Shown piece after piece: positions 13,967 through 23,616 of a DNA stretch of 64,000 nucleotides; positions within the stretch are counted from its first letter, which is position 1; each line of letters starts with the position of its first letter. The notes beneath the pieces were generated by a model. The model worked only from the letters and a program-made list of their open reading frames with translations, ran no database searches and had not been told where the DNA came from. Location of the stretch: assembly GCA_963770895.1 (NCBI GenBank), contig CAVYRF010000002.1, positions 5,440,001 through 5,504,000 of the forward strand, written 5' to 3'. The DNA is from an uncultured Acidobacteriota bacterium (GTDB lineage: Bacteria > Acidobacteriota > Thermoanaerobaculia > Multivoradales > UBA5704). Made by a program: the position numbers and the translations under genes.

Positions 13967-14161
13967 CGCGGCGACGAAGCGGCCCCGCGGAGAGCAGGCC
14001 GCTGTCGGTGACGCTCAGGCTGTCCAGGGGGAGGACCAGGGCGTCAGCGCGGGCCGGCGGGTCCCCGGCGGGCGTGGTGGGCGCACGTCTATGTATGGAG
14101 GCTGCTGGGGCGCGGCGCCCGGTGCGGCGCGTGCGGCAGCATGAACGATAAGGAGACCGCG

Positions 14162-14299
14162 ATGAAAAAGCAGATCCGCAAGATGAGCTTGAACGGTGAA
14201 ACCCTGCGCGCGCTGGAAACGCCCGACCTGCGCGTCATCGCCGGCGGCGCGGCTACCTTGCCGCCGGTTTGCGAACATACCAACGCGATCAACTGCTGA
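14162..14299 (+). CDS. 45-aa putative RiPP (lanthipeptide-like) precursor with double-glycine leader
   Basis: RBS AAGGAG then ATG; MKKQIRKMSLNGETLRALETPDLRVIAGG-AATLPPVCEHTNAINC*; too short for the ORF track. Confidence 0.75.
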   Translation: MKKQIRKMSLNGETLRALETPDLRVIAGGAATLPPVCEHTNAINC

Positions 14300-14397
14300 G
14301 ATTGCGATCGGAAGGCGCCGCTGCTGGACCAGCGGGCCCTGCGCGCCGCCGCCGGCACTGCAGCGCGGCGGCGGCGCGGTTCGAGAGGCGCTGCCTG

Positions 14398-14670
14398 CTA
14401 GTGGGCGTTGGCGGTTTCGGCCGCCATCTTCAGCTCGTTGTTCACCTGGTCGAGCAGTTCCTTGGCCTTCTGGGCGTGGCCGCCCATGTCCCACTCGTTG
14501 GCCTGCTGAGCTTCGACGATCTTGTTGAATGCCTGGCGCGAGAGCCGCTGGGCAGCGGCGATGTGGGGGTGCCGGCCGGGGTTCACGTTCTTCGCCGGCT
14601 GGGCGGCGTACACCATGCCAGCGGCAAGCAGCAGCAATCCACACACACCTGCGAGGATGGTCTTCTTCAT
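14398..14670 (-). CDS. Small secreted helical hypothetical protein (90 aa)
   Basis: RBS GGGAG; signal peptide MKKTILAGVCGLLLLAAGMVYA; DMGGHAQKAKELL. Confidence 0.8.
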   Translation of the reverse strand: MKKTILAGVCGLLLLAAGMVYAAQPAKNVNPGRHPHIAAAQRLSRQAFNKIVEAQQANEWDMGGHAQKAKELLDQVNNELKMAAETANAH

Positions 14671-15845
14671 CGCTTTTTCTCCCTCGGTTACGTGACCGTC
14701 AGTGTGCCTCAATCTTGGCACCTTCCCGCCGCCGGGTCAATTACAACTCCCGCTGTGCCGCCGCCGGCCTGACTCGGCGGCACGACTGCCCGCCGCGCCT
14801 TGACCCTGGCGGCGCGACTGGCGCCGCGCGCCGCACGACCGGCGCCGTATCCATGCCGCCTTGCAAACCGTGTGGCCGGGCGTCGGCGGCGAAAGTCGTT
14901 GGTTGGAGCGATCGCGCCCGGCCGGCCCGCTCCCGCCGCCGGCCTGGTTTTCCAACGGCTTCCGTCTGGCGGCTTGGCGGCATGCGTCCGGCAGAAACGC
15001 AATGCAGCTCTGATGCGTATACCTAGCTGTCGTGAAGCTTGTGAGCTTGCCGGTTCGTGGGCGGTGCCATCCGAGGCCTGCCCGGCGTCCTTGTTGACGC
15101 GCGGCTCACAGCGCCGTTAGAATGAGCAATATTGACCGACAATATTGATAGACAAAAATATGGATAAACTCTACGGAAGCAGCCACCTTTCCAGCGCCGT
15201 GCGGCAACATGTGACCGCTCGGGATCGGCGGCCGGGGCAGCTGCCCCTGGCGCCTGCCAGCCGAGGATTCGCCTATCGATGCGTCGGCGCGCCCGGCCAA
15301 AGCCCGGATGGGTCTCCCTCTTCCGGCGCCTACCTCTACGGCCCCCACGTCGACCTGCCGGCTGGCCTTCGGCCGCGCTCCGCCGCCGGGGCCTGACCCT
15401 CCGGCCGGACCGCCGGCCTCCTGGCCGCGACCTCGGCCCCGGTCCCGCGCGACGCCGCGCCGGCAGCCTGACTGGCCGCCGGCCCGCGCCGGATACCGGC
15501 CGCCGGGACCAGCCTGGCTGGTGCGGCCCTACCTCTGGAGGGCCACACCTCCCCGCGGAGCCTGGCGACAGGCACCTCCTCAGGGTGTTCTGTTAGTACC
15601 CAAGGATACGCTCTAGCGCAGCAGGTGGAGGCGCGATCCATTGGATGCTTGGTGTCCCCATCCGGTCAGGGATGACGCTTCTCTACATGAGGAGCGGCTG
15701 GAGGACCGCCCCGGTTGTGGACAACCGGCGCGATCGGGAGGTGGGGATGACCGGACTGTTGAGGCAGGGACGTGGGCGCGGAGCGTGGTCGATGGCGGCG
15801 GCGATCTGGGCGGCGGCGGCGCTGGCGGCATAGGGAGTTCTCGTG

Positions 15846-18395
15846 ATGCCGCTGTCGTCGCCCCGCGCCCTGCTGCGCCGCGTGCTGCTGGGGCTGGCCC
15901 GTCGCCTTGCCGCAGCAGCCGGCGGCACCGCTGCCCTTGGTGCTCCCGCTGCTCCTTGCGAGGCGCCGCCCGCCGAGTCCATCCGCCGCGACTGCGGCTT
16001 TCCCGCCGGCCGGTGGACGCCGGCGGCGCCCTCCCAGGATGGCGCCACCGGCGCCGCGGTCGCGGTCGTCGCCGCCCCTGGACCAGCGGCCGGTGTCGCC
16101 GCCCCGGTCGCCGTCGCCGCACCAGCCGCGGAGCCGTCGCCATGGGATGGCCGCGCCGGCACCTGTGTCGTGTCGGTCTGCACCCGCAACTATCTCTACC
16201 TGGCGCGCACGGCGCTGGCCGCCTTCCGCGGCCACCATCCGCAGGTCCCGGCCTTCCTGGGCATCGTGGACTGGGACGGCAGCGAGCCGCTGGCGGTCGA
16301 GGGCACCACGCTCCTGGCCTGCGGCGCGGCCGACGTCGGCGGCGAGGCGTTCGCCTACATGGCGCTCAAGTACACGCCGCTGGAGATGTGCGGCGCCATC
16401 AAGCCGTTCGTGCTCGATCACGTCGTGCGGCGGACGCGCTTCGCGAAGCTGGTCTTCATCGATGCGGACATCTACACCTGCGCTCCCTTCGCGCGGCTGA
16501 TCGCCGAGCTCGACCAGGCCGACTTCGTGGTGTCTCCCCACACCCTGGCGCCGCTGCCGCACTCCGACCGCACCTGGGAGCGGCCGACGCTGGGGGATCT
16601 CGCCTTTGCCGGGCAGCTCAATTCGGGCCTGTTCGGACTGAGCGCCACCGCCGCGGCGCAGGCGTTCCTGCACACGTGGCGAGACCTGGTGACGCGGCCG
16701 GGCGCCTTCCAGCTGGAGCTTGGCGGGCAATCGGAGCAGAACGCCTTCAATTGGGTGACCAGCTTCGTCGACCGCGTGCGCGTGCTGCGCGACCCCGCCT
16801 ACAACGTCGCCTACTGGAACCTGCACGACCGTTCGCTGCGCTTTGTCGGGCTCGACGACCCGTCGTGCGACGACGCCTGGACGGTGGACGGCGAGCCGCT
16901 GGTCGCCTTTCATTTCAGCGGCTACTCGCTGGCGGACCCCTTCACCCTGTCGCGCCACGATCGGCGCCATTCGTTGTACGTGCTGCCTTCCGTCGCCCGC
17001 CTGGCCGAGCTCTACGGCGAACGGCTGCGGCAGAACGGCGCGGCGTCGGACATGCGGCTGCCGTACCGCTTCGACGCCTTCCCTTCGGGCATCGCCATCG
17101 ACGACCGCATGCGGCGGCTCTGCAAGCAGCACGAGACGTTCCTGGCGGCGGCGGCGAGCCCGTGGACGGCGGCGGGGGAGGCGCACTATGGCGCCGCCCT
17201 GCTGTCGCCCATCCCCCATACGGGGAGCCTGCTGCCGGCGCTGTTCGACGCCATCTGGCAGGAGCGGCCCGACGTGCGGCGGCGCTATCCCGACGCGCGC
17301 CTGCAGCCTGACGGCATGGTGCGCTGGATCGCGCTGCACGGCATCTACGAGCACGGCTACCAGGACCTGTACGATCGCTATCGGCCGGTGCTGCCCTCCC
17401 GCCATGGCGTGGTGACCCTGGCGCGGGCACGCCGGCAGCACCCGCACGTCTTCGCCGGGCTTGGCGGCGCACTGGGCGAGGACCGCCACCGGCTGCTCCG
17501 GCGCCTGGACGCGGCCGGCCTGACGGCGCTCGCGGGGGGGGTGCGGGCGGGGGCGCTGGAGCACTACTGCGTGTCGGCCATCGCACTGGTGCGCCGCCTG
17601 GTGGAGGAGCGCGCCGACGTCCGCCGCGCCTTCCCGGACCTTCTGTTCGGCGATGCCGCGGCCTTCGCCGCATGGCTCGGGACCGGCGCCGGGCGCGATC
17701 ACTGCCTGCCTCCTGACGCTGCGGCGGCCTTCGCGGCGCGCGCCCAAGGCCGCTCGTTGGCGCGCATCTTTTCGTATCTCAACAACGCGCGGCCGGCCAT
17801 GGAACGCTGGCCGCTCGGCCTGGTCGGGGAGGGGCGCGGCGAGCTCGGCGTGCACCTGCTGGAGGCCCTGCGGCACGGTGGCGCCTACGACGTCGACGAC
17901 GTGGTGATGTATCTGTGGGTCATGGAGCGCCAGCCGTGGGCCGGCATCGGCCTCACCTTCGAGCTGGCGGCGAACGCCTGCCGCACGCCCTCGCCGCTGC
18001 TGCCGGAGGGCCAGCAGGCGCTGCTCGCGCCGCTGCTGGCGGGCGACCGCCGGTTCCGCTCCGCGCTGGCGCGCTACCGCCGCGACCACGAAACCTCGCG
18101 CGACCTTCGCCGCCAAGCCCAGATCCGCCAGGTGCAGCGGCCGGCCGGCCTGGCCAATACGGTGTTCGAGTCGCTGGAGCTTGCCGCGCGGCGCGGTCGT
18201 GGCGCGGGCGGCGAGCGGCGGCGAGCCGCGCCGGATCTGCAGGCGGCCCTTCCCGAAGGCCGCGGCGTCAACCTCTTTGGCTACCACAAGAGCCCGATCG
18301 GACTGGGTTCCCTCACCCGCGGCCTCAGCCAGGCGCTCGGCGCCGCGGGGGTGCGCGTGGCACCCAGCATGCTGGGCGACGCCGCGATGACTTGA
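15846..18395 (+). CDS. Multidomain glycosyltransferase-like protein; C-terminal GT-B (GT4-like) domain apparently truncated
   Basis: GT-A-like N-domain (NYLYLART, ELCxAIKP-like EMCGAIKPF, FIDADI DxD, YNVAYWNLHDR); RPDV/RADV repeats; stops ~45 aa after the GVNLFGY...GLG start of a GT4-like domain. Confidence 0.65.
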   Translation: MPLSSPRALLRRVLLGLARRLAAAAGGTAALGAPAAPCEAPPAESIRRDCGFPAGRWTPAAPSQDGATGAAVAVVAAPGPAAGVAAPVAVAAPAAEPSPWDGRAGTCVVSVCTRNYLYLARTALAAFRGHHPQVPAFLGIVDWDGSEPLAVEGTTLLACGAADVGGEAFAYMALKYTPLEMCGAIKPFVLDHVVRRTRFAKLVFIDADIYTCAPFARLIAELDQADFVVSPHTLAPLPHSDRTWERPTLGDLAFAGQLNSGLFGLSATAAAQAFLHTWRDLVTRPGAFQLELGGQSEQNAFNWVTSFVDRVRVLRDPAYNVAYWNLHDRSLRFVGLDDPSCDDAWTVDGEPLVAFHFSGYSLADPFTLSRHDRRHSLYVLPSVARLAELYGERLRQNGAASDMRLPYRFDAFPSGIAIDDRMRRLCKQHETFLAAAASPWTAAGEAHYGAALLSPIPHTGSLLPALFDAIWQERPDVRRRYPDARLQPDGMVRWIALHGIYEHGYQDLYDRYRPVLPSRHGVVTLARARRQHPHVFAGLGGALGEDRHRLLRRLDAAGLTALAGGVRAGALEHYCVSAIALVRRLVEERADVRRAFPDLLFGDAAAFAAWLGTGAGRDHCLPPDAAAAFAARAQGRSLARIFSYLNNARPAMERWPLGLVGEGRGELGVHLLEALRHGGAYDVDDVVMYLWVMERQPWAGIGLTFELAANACRTPSPLLPEGQQALLAPLLAGDRRFRSALARYRRDHETSRDLRRQAQIRQVQRPAGLANTVFESLELAARRGRGAGGERRRAAPDLQAALPEGRGVNLFGYHKSPIGLGSLTRGLSQALGAAGVRVAPSMLGDAAMT

Positions 18396-20602
18396 TCGAC
18401 CTGGGGACGCGCGAGGCGCGGGCGCACCTGCTGACCGGCTGGTCGATCGACGAGCTGTGGCGCGGCAAGACGACGTTCGTGTGGGCGATGGGGCGGTCGG
18501 CGACGGTCCGCTTCACCCGCTTCACCTCCGGCCCTTTCACCCTCTACTTCCGCTGCCTGCCCTTTGCGCCGCCGGGCGGCGGGCCGCCGCAGGAGATCAC
18601 GACGCTGGTCAACGGCACGCAGGTGGGGACGACGCGCCTGGACGAGGCGGACTTCCAGACCTATGCGGTGGCGGTGCCGGCCGCCGCCCTGCGCTCGGGC
18701 GACAACCAGGTCGAGTTCCGCTTCGCCTGGTTTCGCGCCGAGCCGCCCGACCCCAACGGCGCCCCCGCACCGCGACGCATCGCCGTCGCCTGGGATTGGA
18801 TTGGCGTCGGCGTCAAGAGCGCCGCCGCCGCCGCCCCGGCTGCCGCGGTGCCGCCGCTGGTGCCGCGTGCCGGCGCGCTGCTGCTGCCTTTCCGCACGCG
18901 GGTGACGTTCTTCGTCGATGCGCAGCCGGGGAGCGTCCTGCGCTGGCGGTCGATCGCGGCGTGGAACGCGGGCAAGGCGGCGGCGGCGCCGGGAACGGCG
19001 GCAACGGCGGCGAGCGCCGGCGCGGCGGTCGAGGTGCAGGTGGATTGGGAGGGTGCCTCCGGGCACCCTGTGCGTTTCGAGCAAGCGAGCTTCGCCACGC
19101 CGGCGAACCTGCCGCTGACCAACCTCAAGACCGCCGCGGCCCGCGTGTCGTTCGTGGCCTGGCCGGGCAAGGGCGCCGACGGCGCGGCGGGCCTGCTGCT
19201 GGACGCTCCTGAGCTGGTGCCCGCCGGATGTCCCGAGGCAGCGGCGGCCGGCAGCGGCGCGCCGGCGACACCCGCCGGCGCGGCGGCGCCGAACGCCGGG
19301 GCCGCCGGCGGCGGGCCGGTCGGTGCGGCGCCCAACGTGGTGGTCTACATGATCGACACGCTGCGCGCCGACCACCTGGGCGTCTACGGCTATCCGCGGC
19401 CGATCTCACCCGAGATCGACGCCTTCGCCGCGCGCTCGACGGTGTTCACCCACGCCTTTGCGCAGTCCGGCTGGACCAAGAGCGCTGTCGCCACCATGCT
19501 GACCGGCCTCTATCCGCTGTCGCACGGCGTCCTGGACCGCATGGACGCCCTGCGCGAACCGGTGCGGACGCTGCCCCAGATGCTGCGCGCGGCGGGCTAT
19601 CAGACGCTCGGCATCTCCACCAATCCGGCGGTGTCGAGCGAGGCAGGTCTCACGCGCGGCTTCGATCGCTTTGTCGAGCTGGTCGATCGCGGCACCGTGC
19701 CGTTCGTCGCCCAGCCGTCCGACAAGGTGGATGCCGAGCTGTTCCGCTGGCTGGCCGAGCGCGACGCGGGGCGGCCGTTCTTTGCCTACCTGCACACCAT
19801 GGACGCGCACGAGCCCTACCTGCCGCCGCCGGCCTACCGCCAACGTTTCGCCGCCAAGGCCGACGCCGCGCTCTGCCGGCCGGCGCCCAAGGACGTCAGC
19901 GCTGCCCTGGCGGCGCGGCCGGGCCTGGGCAGGGACGGCATCCGCGACAACTTCGAGGCGCTGTACGACGCGCAGATCGCCCACAACGACAGCCAGTTCG
20001 GCCTGGTCCTGCGCCGCCTGCGCGATCTCGGCCTGTACGACAAGACGCTGGTGGTGCTGATCTCCGATCACGGCGAGGAGTTCCTGGATCACGGCCTGTT
20101 CGCCCACGGCCACAGCCTCTACCAGGAGATCCTGCACGTGCCGCTGATCGTCCATTGGCCGGACGCGCAGGACGCGGGCCGCCGGGTGGCGGCCCCGGCG
20201 CAGCAGATCGACCTGCTGCCGACGGCGCTGGCCGCCGCCGGCATCGCCGTGCCCGCCGCCTATCCGGGTGTGGACCTGCGCCGCCTGGCGCGGCAGGACG
20301 CCATGGCAGAGCGCGAGGTGGTCTCGGACCTCTCTCTGGCCGGCACCCGCATCTCCAGCCTGGTCACCGGCGGCATGCACCTGCTGGTCCGCGAGAGTCC
20401 CAACCCCGACGCGGAGCTGTACGACCTGGGGCGCGATCCGCGCGAGCAGCACGACGTCGCCGACCCCGCCGGCGTGCGCTTCGGCTTCCTGCTGAGCCGC
20501 CTGCGCACGCTCACCCGCGCGCAGAGCCGCGACGCCGCGCCGCGGACCTCGCCGATCCCGGCCGAGCTGGATCGGCAGTTGCGCTCCCTGGGCTACGTGT
20601 AG
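18392..20602 (+). CDS. Sulfatase-like hydrolase/transferase (alkaline phosphatase superfamily) with N-terminal beta-sandwich domains
   Basis: PNVVVYMIDTLRADHL, SGWTKSAVATMLTGLYP, HTMDAHEPY, SDHGEEF, QLRSLGYV. Start uncertain; no signal peptide. Confidence 0.85.
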   Translation: MIDLGTREARAHLLTGWSIDELWRGKTTFVWAMGRSATVRFTRFTSGPFTLYFRCLPFAPPGGGPPQEITTLVNGTQVGTTRLDEADFQTYAVAVPAAALRSGDNQVEFRFAWFRAEPPDPNGAPAPRRIAVAWDWIGVGVKSAAAAAPAAAVPPLVPRAGALLLPFRTRVTFFVDAQPGSVLRWRSIAAWNAGKAAAAPGTAATAASAGAAVEVQVDWEGASGHPVRFEQASFATPANLPLTNLKTAAARVSFVAWPGKGADGAAGLLLDAPELVPAGCPEAAAAGSGAPATPAGAAAPNAGAAGGGPVGAAPNVVVYMIDTLRADHLGVYGYPRPISPEIDAFAARSTVFTHAFAQSGWTKSAVATMLTGLYPLSHGVLDRMDALREPVRTLPQMLRAAGYQTLGISTNPAVSSEAGLTRGFDRFVELVDRGTVPFVAQPSDKVDAELFRWLAERDAGRPFFAYLHTMDAHEPYLPPPAYRQRFAAKADAALCRPAPKDVSAALAARPGLGRDGIRDNFEALYDAQIAHNDSQFGLVLRRLRDLGLYDKTLVVLISDHGEEFLDHGLFAHGHSLYQEILHVPLIVHWPDAQDAGRRVAAPAQQIDLLPTALAAAGIAVPAAYPGVDLRRLARQDAMAEREVVSDLSLAGTRISSLVTGGMHLLVRESPNPDAELYDLGRDPREQHDVADPAGVRFGFLLSRLRTLTRAQSRDAAPRTSPIPAELDRQLRSLGYV

Positions 20603-21396
20603 GCCTGTCGGTCCTGCCACTCTGCAGGCGGCGGGGTCGCGCTGCCGGCGGCGAGCGCCGGGAGCAGGGCGCCGCGCAGGCGTACGACTTCGCCGATGAC
20701 CACGGTGGCGGGGGAGCCGATGCCGGCGGCGAGCGCGTCGGCGGCGATCGTGGCCAGGGTGCCGGTGAGCACGCGCTGGGTTGGCGAGGCGCCGTTTTGG
20801 ATCACCGCCGCCGGGGTGGCGGCGGGCTTGCCCTGGGCGCGCAGCCGGGCGGTGATGTCGGCGAGGTGCGCCGCCCCCATGAGCACGACCAGGGTGTCGA
20901 CGCGGGCGAGCGCGGCCCAGTCGGCGCCGTCGCCGTCCGCCGCGCGGTGGCCGGTGACGACGGCGAACGAGGCGGCCACGCCGCGGTGGGTGACCGGGAT
21001 GGCGGCCAGCGCCGGCACCGCGACGGCGCTGCTGATCCCCGGCACCACCTCCCAGGGGACGCCGGCGGCGGCGCAGGCCAGGGCCTCTTCGCCGCCGCGT
21101 CCGAAGACGAAGGGGTCGCCGCCCTTGAGGCGCACCACCAGATGGCCGCCGCGGGCGTGGCGCACCAGCAGGGCATTGATCTCATCCTGGCGCAGCGCCT
21201 GCCGTCCAGGGCCCTTGCCGGCATAGACGCGGCGGGCTTGCGGCGGCGCCTCATCCAGCAGGCGGCGATCGACCAGCCGGTCGTAGACCACGATGGCCGC
21301 CTGGCGCAGGCAGCGCAAGCCGCGCACCGTCAGCAGGTCGGGGTCGCCGGGCCCGGCTCCCAGCCGGACCACGCGGCCGCCCTCAGGGTGGGGCAT
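20593..21396 (-). CDS. cobA: Uroporphyrinogen-III C-methyltransferase
   Basis: GAGPGDPDLLT, VVRLKGGDPFVFGRGGEE, VPGISS, PVTHRG. Confidence 0.95.
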   Translation of the reverse strand: MPHPEGGRVVRLGAGPGDPDLLTVRGLRCLRQAAIVVYDRLVDRRLLDEAPPQARRVYAGKGPGRQALRQDEINALLVRHARGGHLVVRLKGGDPFVFGRGGEEALACAAAGVPWEVVPGISSAVAVPALAAIPVTHRGVAASFAVVTGHRAADGDGADWAALARVDTLVVLMGAAHLADITARLRAQGKPAATPAAVIQNGASPTQRVLTGTLATIAADALAAGIGSPATVVIGEVVRLRGALLPALAAGSATPPPAEWQDRQAYT

Positions 21397-22156
21397 GGTC
21401 GATCTCCAGGATTTCTGCGCAGCGACGGCGGGCGGCCGCTTCGTCGCCGCGGTGCAGCAGGTGCAGCACGTCGGAATCGACCAGCCGGTACCACAGCTCG
21501 CGCCGGCGGGCGAAGCCGGGGTGGCGCGCCGCGACCTGGGCGCGCAGCGTGCCGGCCAGCTGGAGGAAGCGTGCGTAGTGCGGCCCCAGCTGGCGCTCCA
21601 GCGCCTGACGCAGGCGCACCGCCAGTGCCGGCGCCTTGCCGGAGGTCGAGATCGCCACCACCAGGTCGCCCTGGCGCGCCACCGACCCGGCGATGAAGCT
21701 GGAGCGCCGCGGGTCGTCGACGCTGTTGAACGGAATGCCGCGCCGGGTCGCCTCCTGCCATGCCGCCTCGACCTCCGCTTCGCGCCGGCCGGCCGCACCC
21801 ATTCCAGCGTTGCCCGCGTCGCCCGCGTCGGTCGCGCCGGTCGCGGCGGCGGCTTCCTCCGCGGCGGTGGTGCCCTGGGCGATCGGCTCGCAGGCGGCGA
21901 TCGCCAGAAAGGCTCCCGCCAGGTCGCCGGTGCGGAAGGGGCGGCGGCGCAGCGCCAGCTGACCCGTGCGAGCCAGCTGCTCGATGCCGGCAGCGGGCGC
22001 CGCCGCGACGACGGTGACGCGGGCGCCGGCGGCGCACAGCTCGCGCGCCTTGCCTTCGGCCAGGGGGCCGCCGCCCACGATCACGCAGGGGCGATGGCGC
22101 AGGTCCAGGAAGACCGGGTGGTAGTGCGCGGGCGGCGCCGGGTCGGGAGCGGTCAT
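21383..22156 (-). CDS. Precorrin-2 dehydrogenase / sirohydrochlorin ferrochelatase (CysG N-terminal type)
   Basis: YHPVFLDL, IVGGG Rossmann motif, NSVDDP, AISTSGKAPALA. Confidence 0.9.
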   Translation of the reverse strand: MTAPDPAPPAHYHPVFLDLRHRPCVIVGGGPLAEGKARELCAAGARVTVVAAAPAAGIEQLARTGQLALRRRPFRTGDLAGAFLAIAACEPIAQGTTAAEEAAAATGATDAGDAGNAGMGAAGRREAEVEAAWQEATRRGIPFNSVDDPRRSSFIAGSVARQGDLVVAISTSGKAPALAVRLRQALERQLGPHYARFLQLAGTLRAQVAARHPGFARRRELWYRLVDSDVLHLLHRGDEAAARRRCAEILEIDHAPP

Positions 22157-22168
22157 CGGCTGCACAGG

Positions 22169-22666
22169 TCAAAGGTCGACGCCGAGGTGGGTCACCTGCA
22201 CGCCGTCGCGGCCCACTTCCAGCGTCACCTGGCAGCGCGCGGTGGCAATTTGAAGTCGGACCGTGCCGGGCGCCGCCACCGAGAAGGACAGCTGGTCCAG
22301 GCGTTGGCCGGCGAGCGCCGCGACGGCGCGGTTGGCGTCCTCCGCCGACTGGCGCAGCGCGGTGCCGGCGGGGGTCTGCGCGAACAGCCGCTGCAGGGCG
22401 CCGGCATCCTGCGGGCCGTGGCGGCGGCGCGCCCGGCCGGTGGCGAGCGACATCTCCAGGACGGCCCCCAGGCGGTCCGCCAGCGGCGTCGGCACCTCGC
22501 CGGCGGCGACCGCCGCCGCCAGCTCGTCGTAGCGGGCGCGCGCCTGCGGTTGCGGGATCGCCTGGCGCAGGGCGCCGATCTCTTCCAGGACCAGCTCGCG
22601 CAGCGCCGGATCGATGCGGATGGCCGGCTGCCGGGCGGCGTCTGCGGCGTCTTCAGGCGCCGCCAT
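22169..22666 (-). CDS. Hypothetical protein within the sulfate-reduction operon
   Basis: 165-aa ORF packed 3 nt after the cysH stop and ~12 nt before the next gene; typical codon usage. Confidence 0.75.
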   Translation of the reverse strand: MAAPEDAADAARQPAIRIDPALRELVLEEIGALRQAIPQPQARARYDELAAAVAAGEVPTPLADRLGAVLEMSLATGRARRRHGPQDAGALQRLFAQTPAGTALRQSAEDANRAVAALAGQRLDQLSFSVAAPGTVRLQIATARCQVTLEVGRDGVQVTHLGVDL

Positions 22667-22669
22667 CGG

Positions 22670-23581
22670 TCAGGCTCCCCCCTGGGGCAGGAGGGCCTCC
22701 AGCTCGTGCTCCAGGCCGCCGGTTTCGAGCGGGCAGTGGATTCCGCACTCCTTGGGGGCGTTGTGTTCCCACCACCAGCGGCCGGCGCGCGGGTCTTCGC
22801 CGGCGGCGGTGGGGCGGGTGCAGGGGGCGCAGCCGATGCTGGTGTAGCCCTGGGCGTAGAGCGGGTGCACGGGCACGTCGTGGTCGCGGTTGTAGTCGCG
22901 CACCTCGTCGGCCGTCCAGTCGGCCAGCGGGTTGAGCTTGGCGATGCCGCCGTGGTCGTGATCGATCTCGATCTTGCGGATGCCGGCGCGGCTCGCCCAT
23001 TGATCGCGGCGCAGGCCGGTGACCCAGGCGTCCAGGTGGTCCAGGGCGGCGCGGATGGGGTCGACCTTGCGCACGGCGCAGCAGGTCAGGCGGGCTTCGA
23101 CCGAGCGGCGGAACAAGTTGGGACCCAACCGCGTGGTCAGGCGCGCCAGACGGGCGGCGTCGGGCACGCAGATTTCGATCGCGACGCCATAGCGGTCGCG
23201 AACCTGCTCCATCGCGTCGTAGGTCTCCTGCGGCAGGCGCCCGGTATCGACGGTGAACAGCCGCACCCGCGGATCGATGCGCCAGGCCATGTCGAAGAGC
23301 GCCATGCCCTCGGCCTGGAAGCTGGTGCAGACGGCGAGGTGGGGATGCCAGCGCTCGATCGCCCATGCCAGCAGCTCCTGCGGTGCGGCGGCGTCGAAGT
23401 CGTTGGCCAGCTGGCCGGCTTCGTAGTCGTCCAGCGGCTCGCTACGCGCCGCTGCCGGCGGGGTCGCGCCGGCCGGGCGGAGGAGCGTCGTGCTGCCGGC
23501 GGGCCTGGCATCGGCGCCGGCGATGCCAGGGGCGAGGCCGGCGGCGAGTTGGGTTGGGGCGGCAATGGGTTCGTGGATCAT
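22670..23581 (-). CDS. cysH: Adenylyl-sulfate (APS)/PAPS reductase, Fe-S type
   Basis: DTGRLPQET, CCAVRK, GYTSIGCAPCT, RAGRWWWE, ECGIH. Confidence 0.95.
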   Translation of the reverse strand: MIHEPIAAPTQLAAGLAPGIAGADARPAGSTTLLRPAGATPPAAARSEPLDDYEAGQLANDFDAAAPQELLAWAIERWHPHLAVCTSFQAEGMALFDMAWRIDPRVRLFTVDTGRLPQETYDAMEQVRDRYGVAIEICVPDAARLARLTTRLGPNLFRRSVEARLTCCAVRKVDPIRAALDHLDAWVTGLRRDQWASRAGIRKIEIDHDHGGIAKLNPLADWTADEVRDYNRDHDVPVHPLYAQGYTSIGCAPCTRPTAAGEDPRAGRWWWEHNAPKECGIHCPLETGGLEHELEALLPQGGA

Positions 23582-23616
23582 CGGTTCCTCCGGCCTTGGT
23601 AGCTGCGGCGGCGCGG

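Noticed and set aside
3500-14299. RHS C39 domain as the protease for the GG-leader peptide
   Set aside because: About 10 kb apart with unrelated genes between; the C39 domain is more simply explained as acting in cis on the RHS protein
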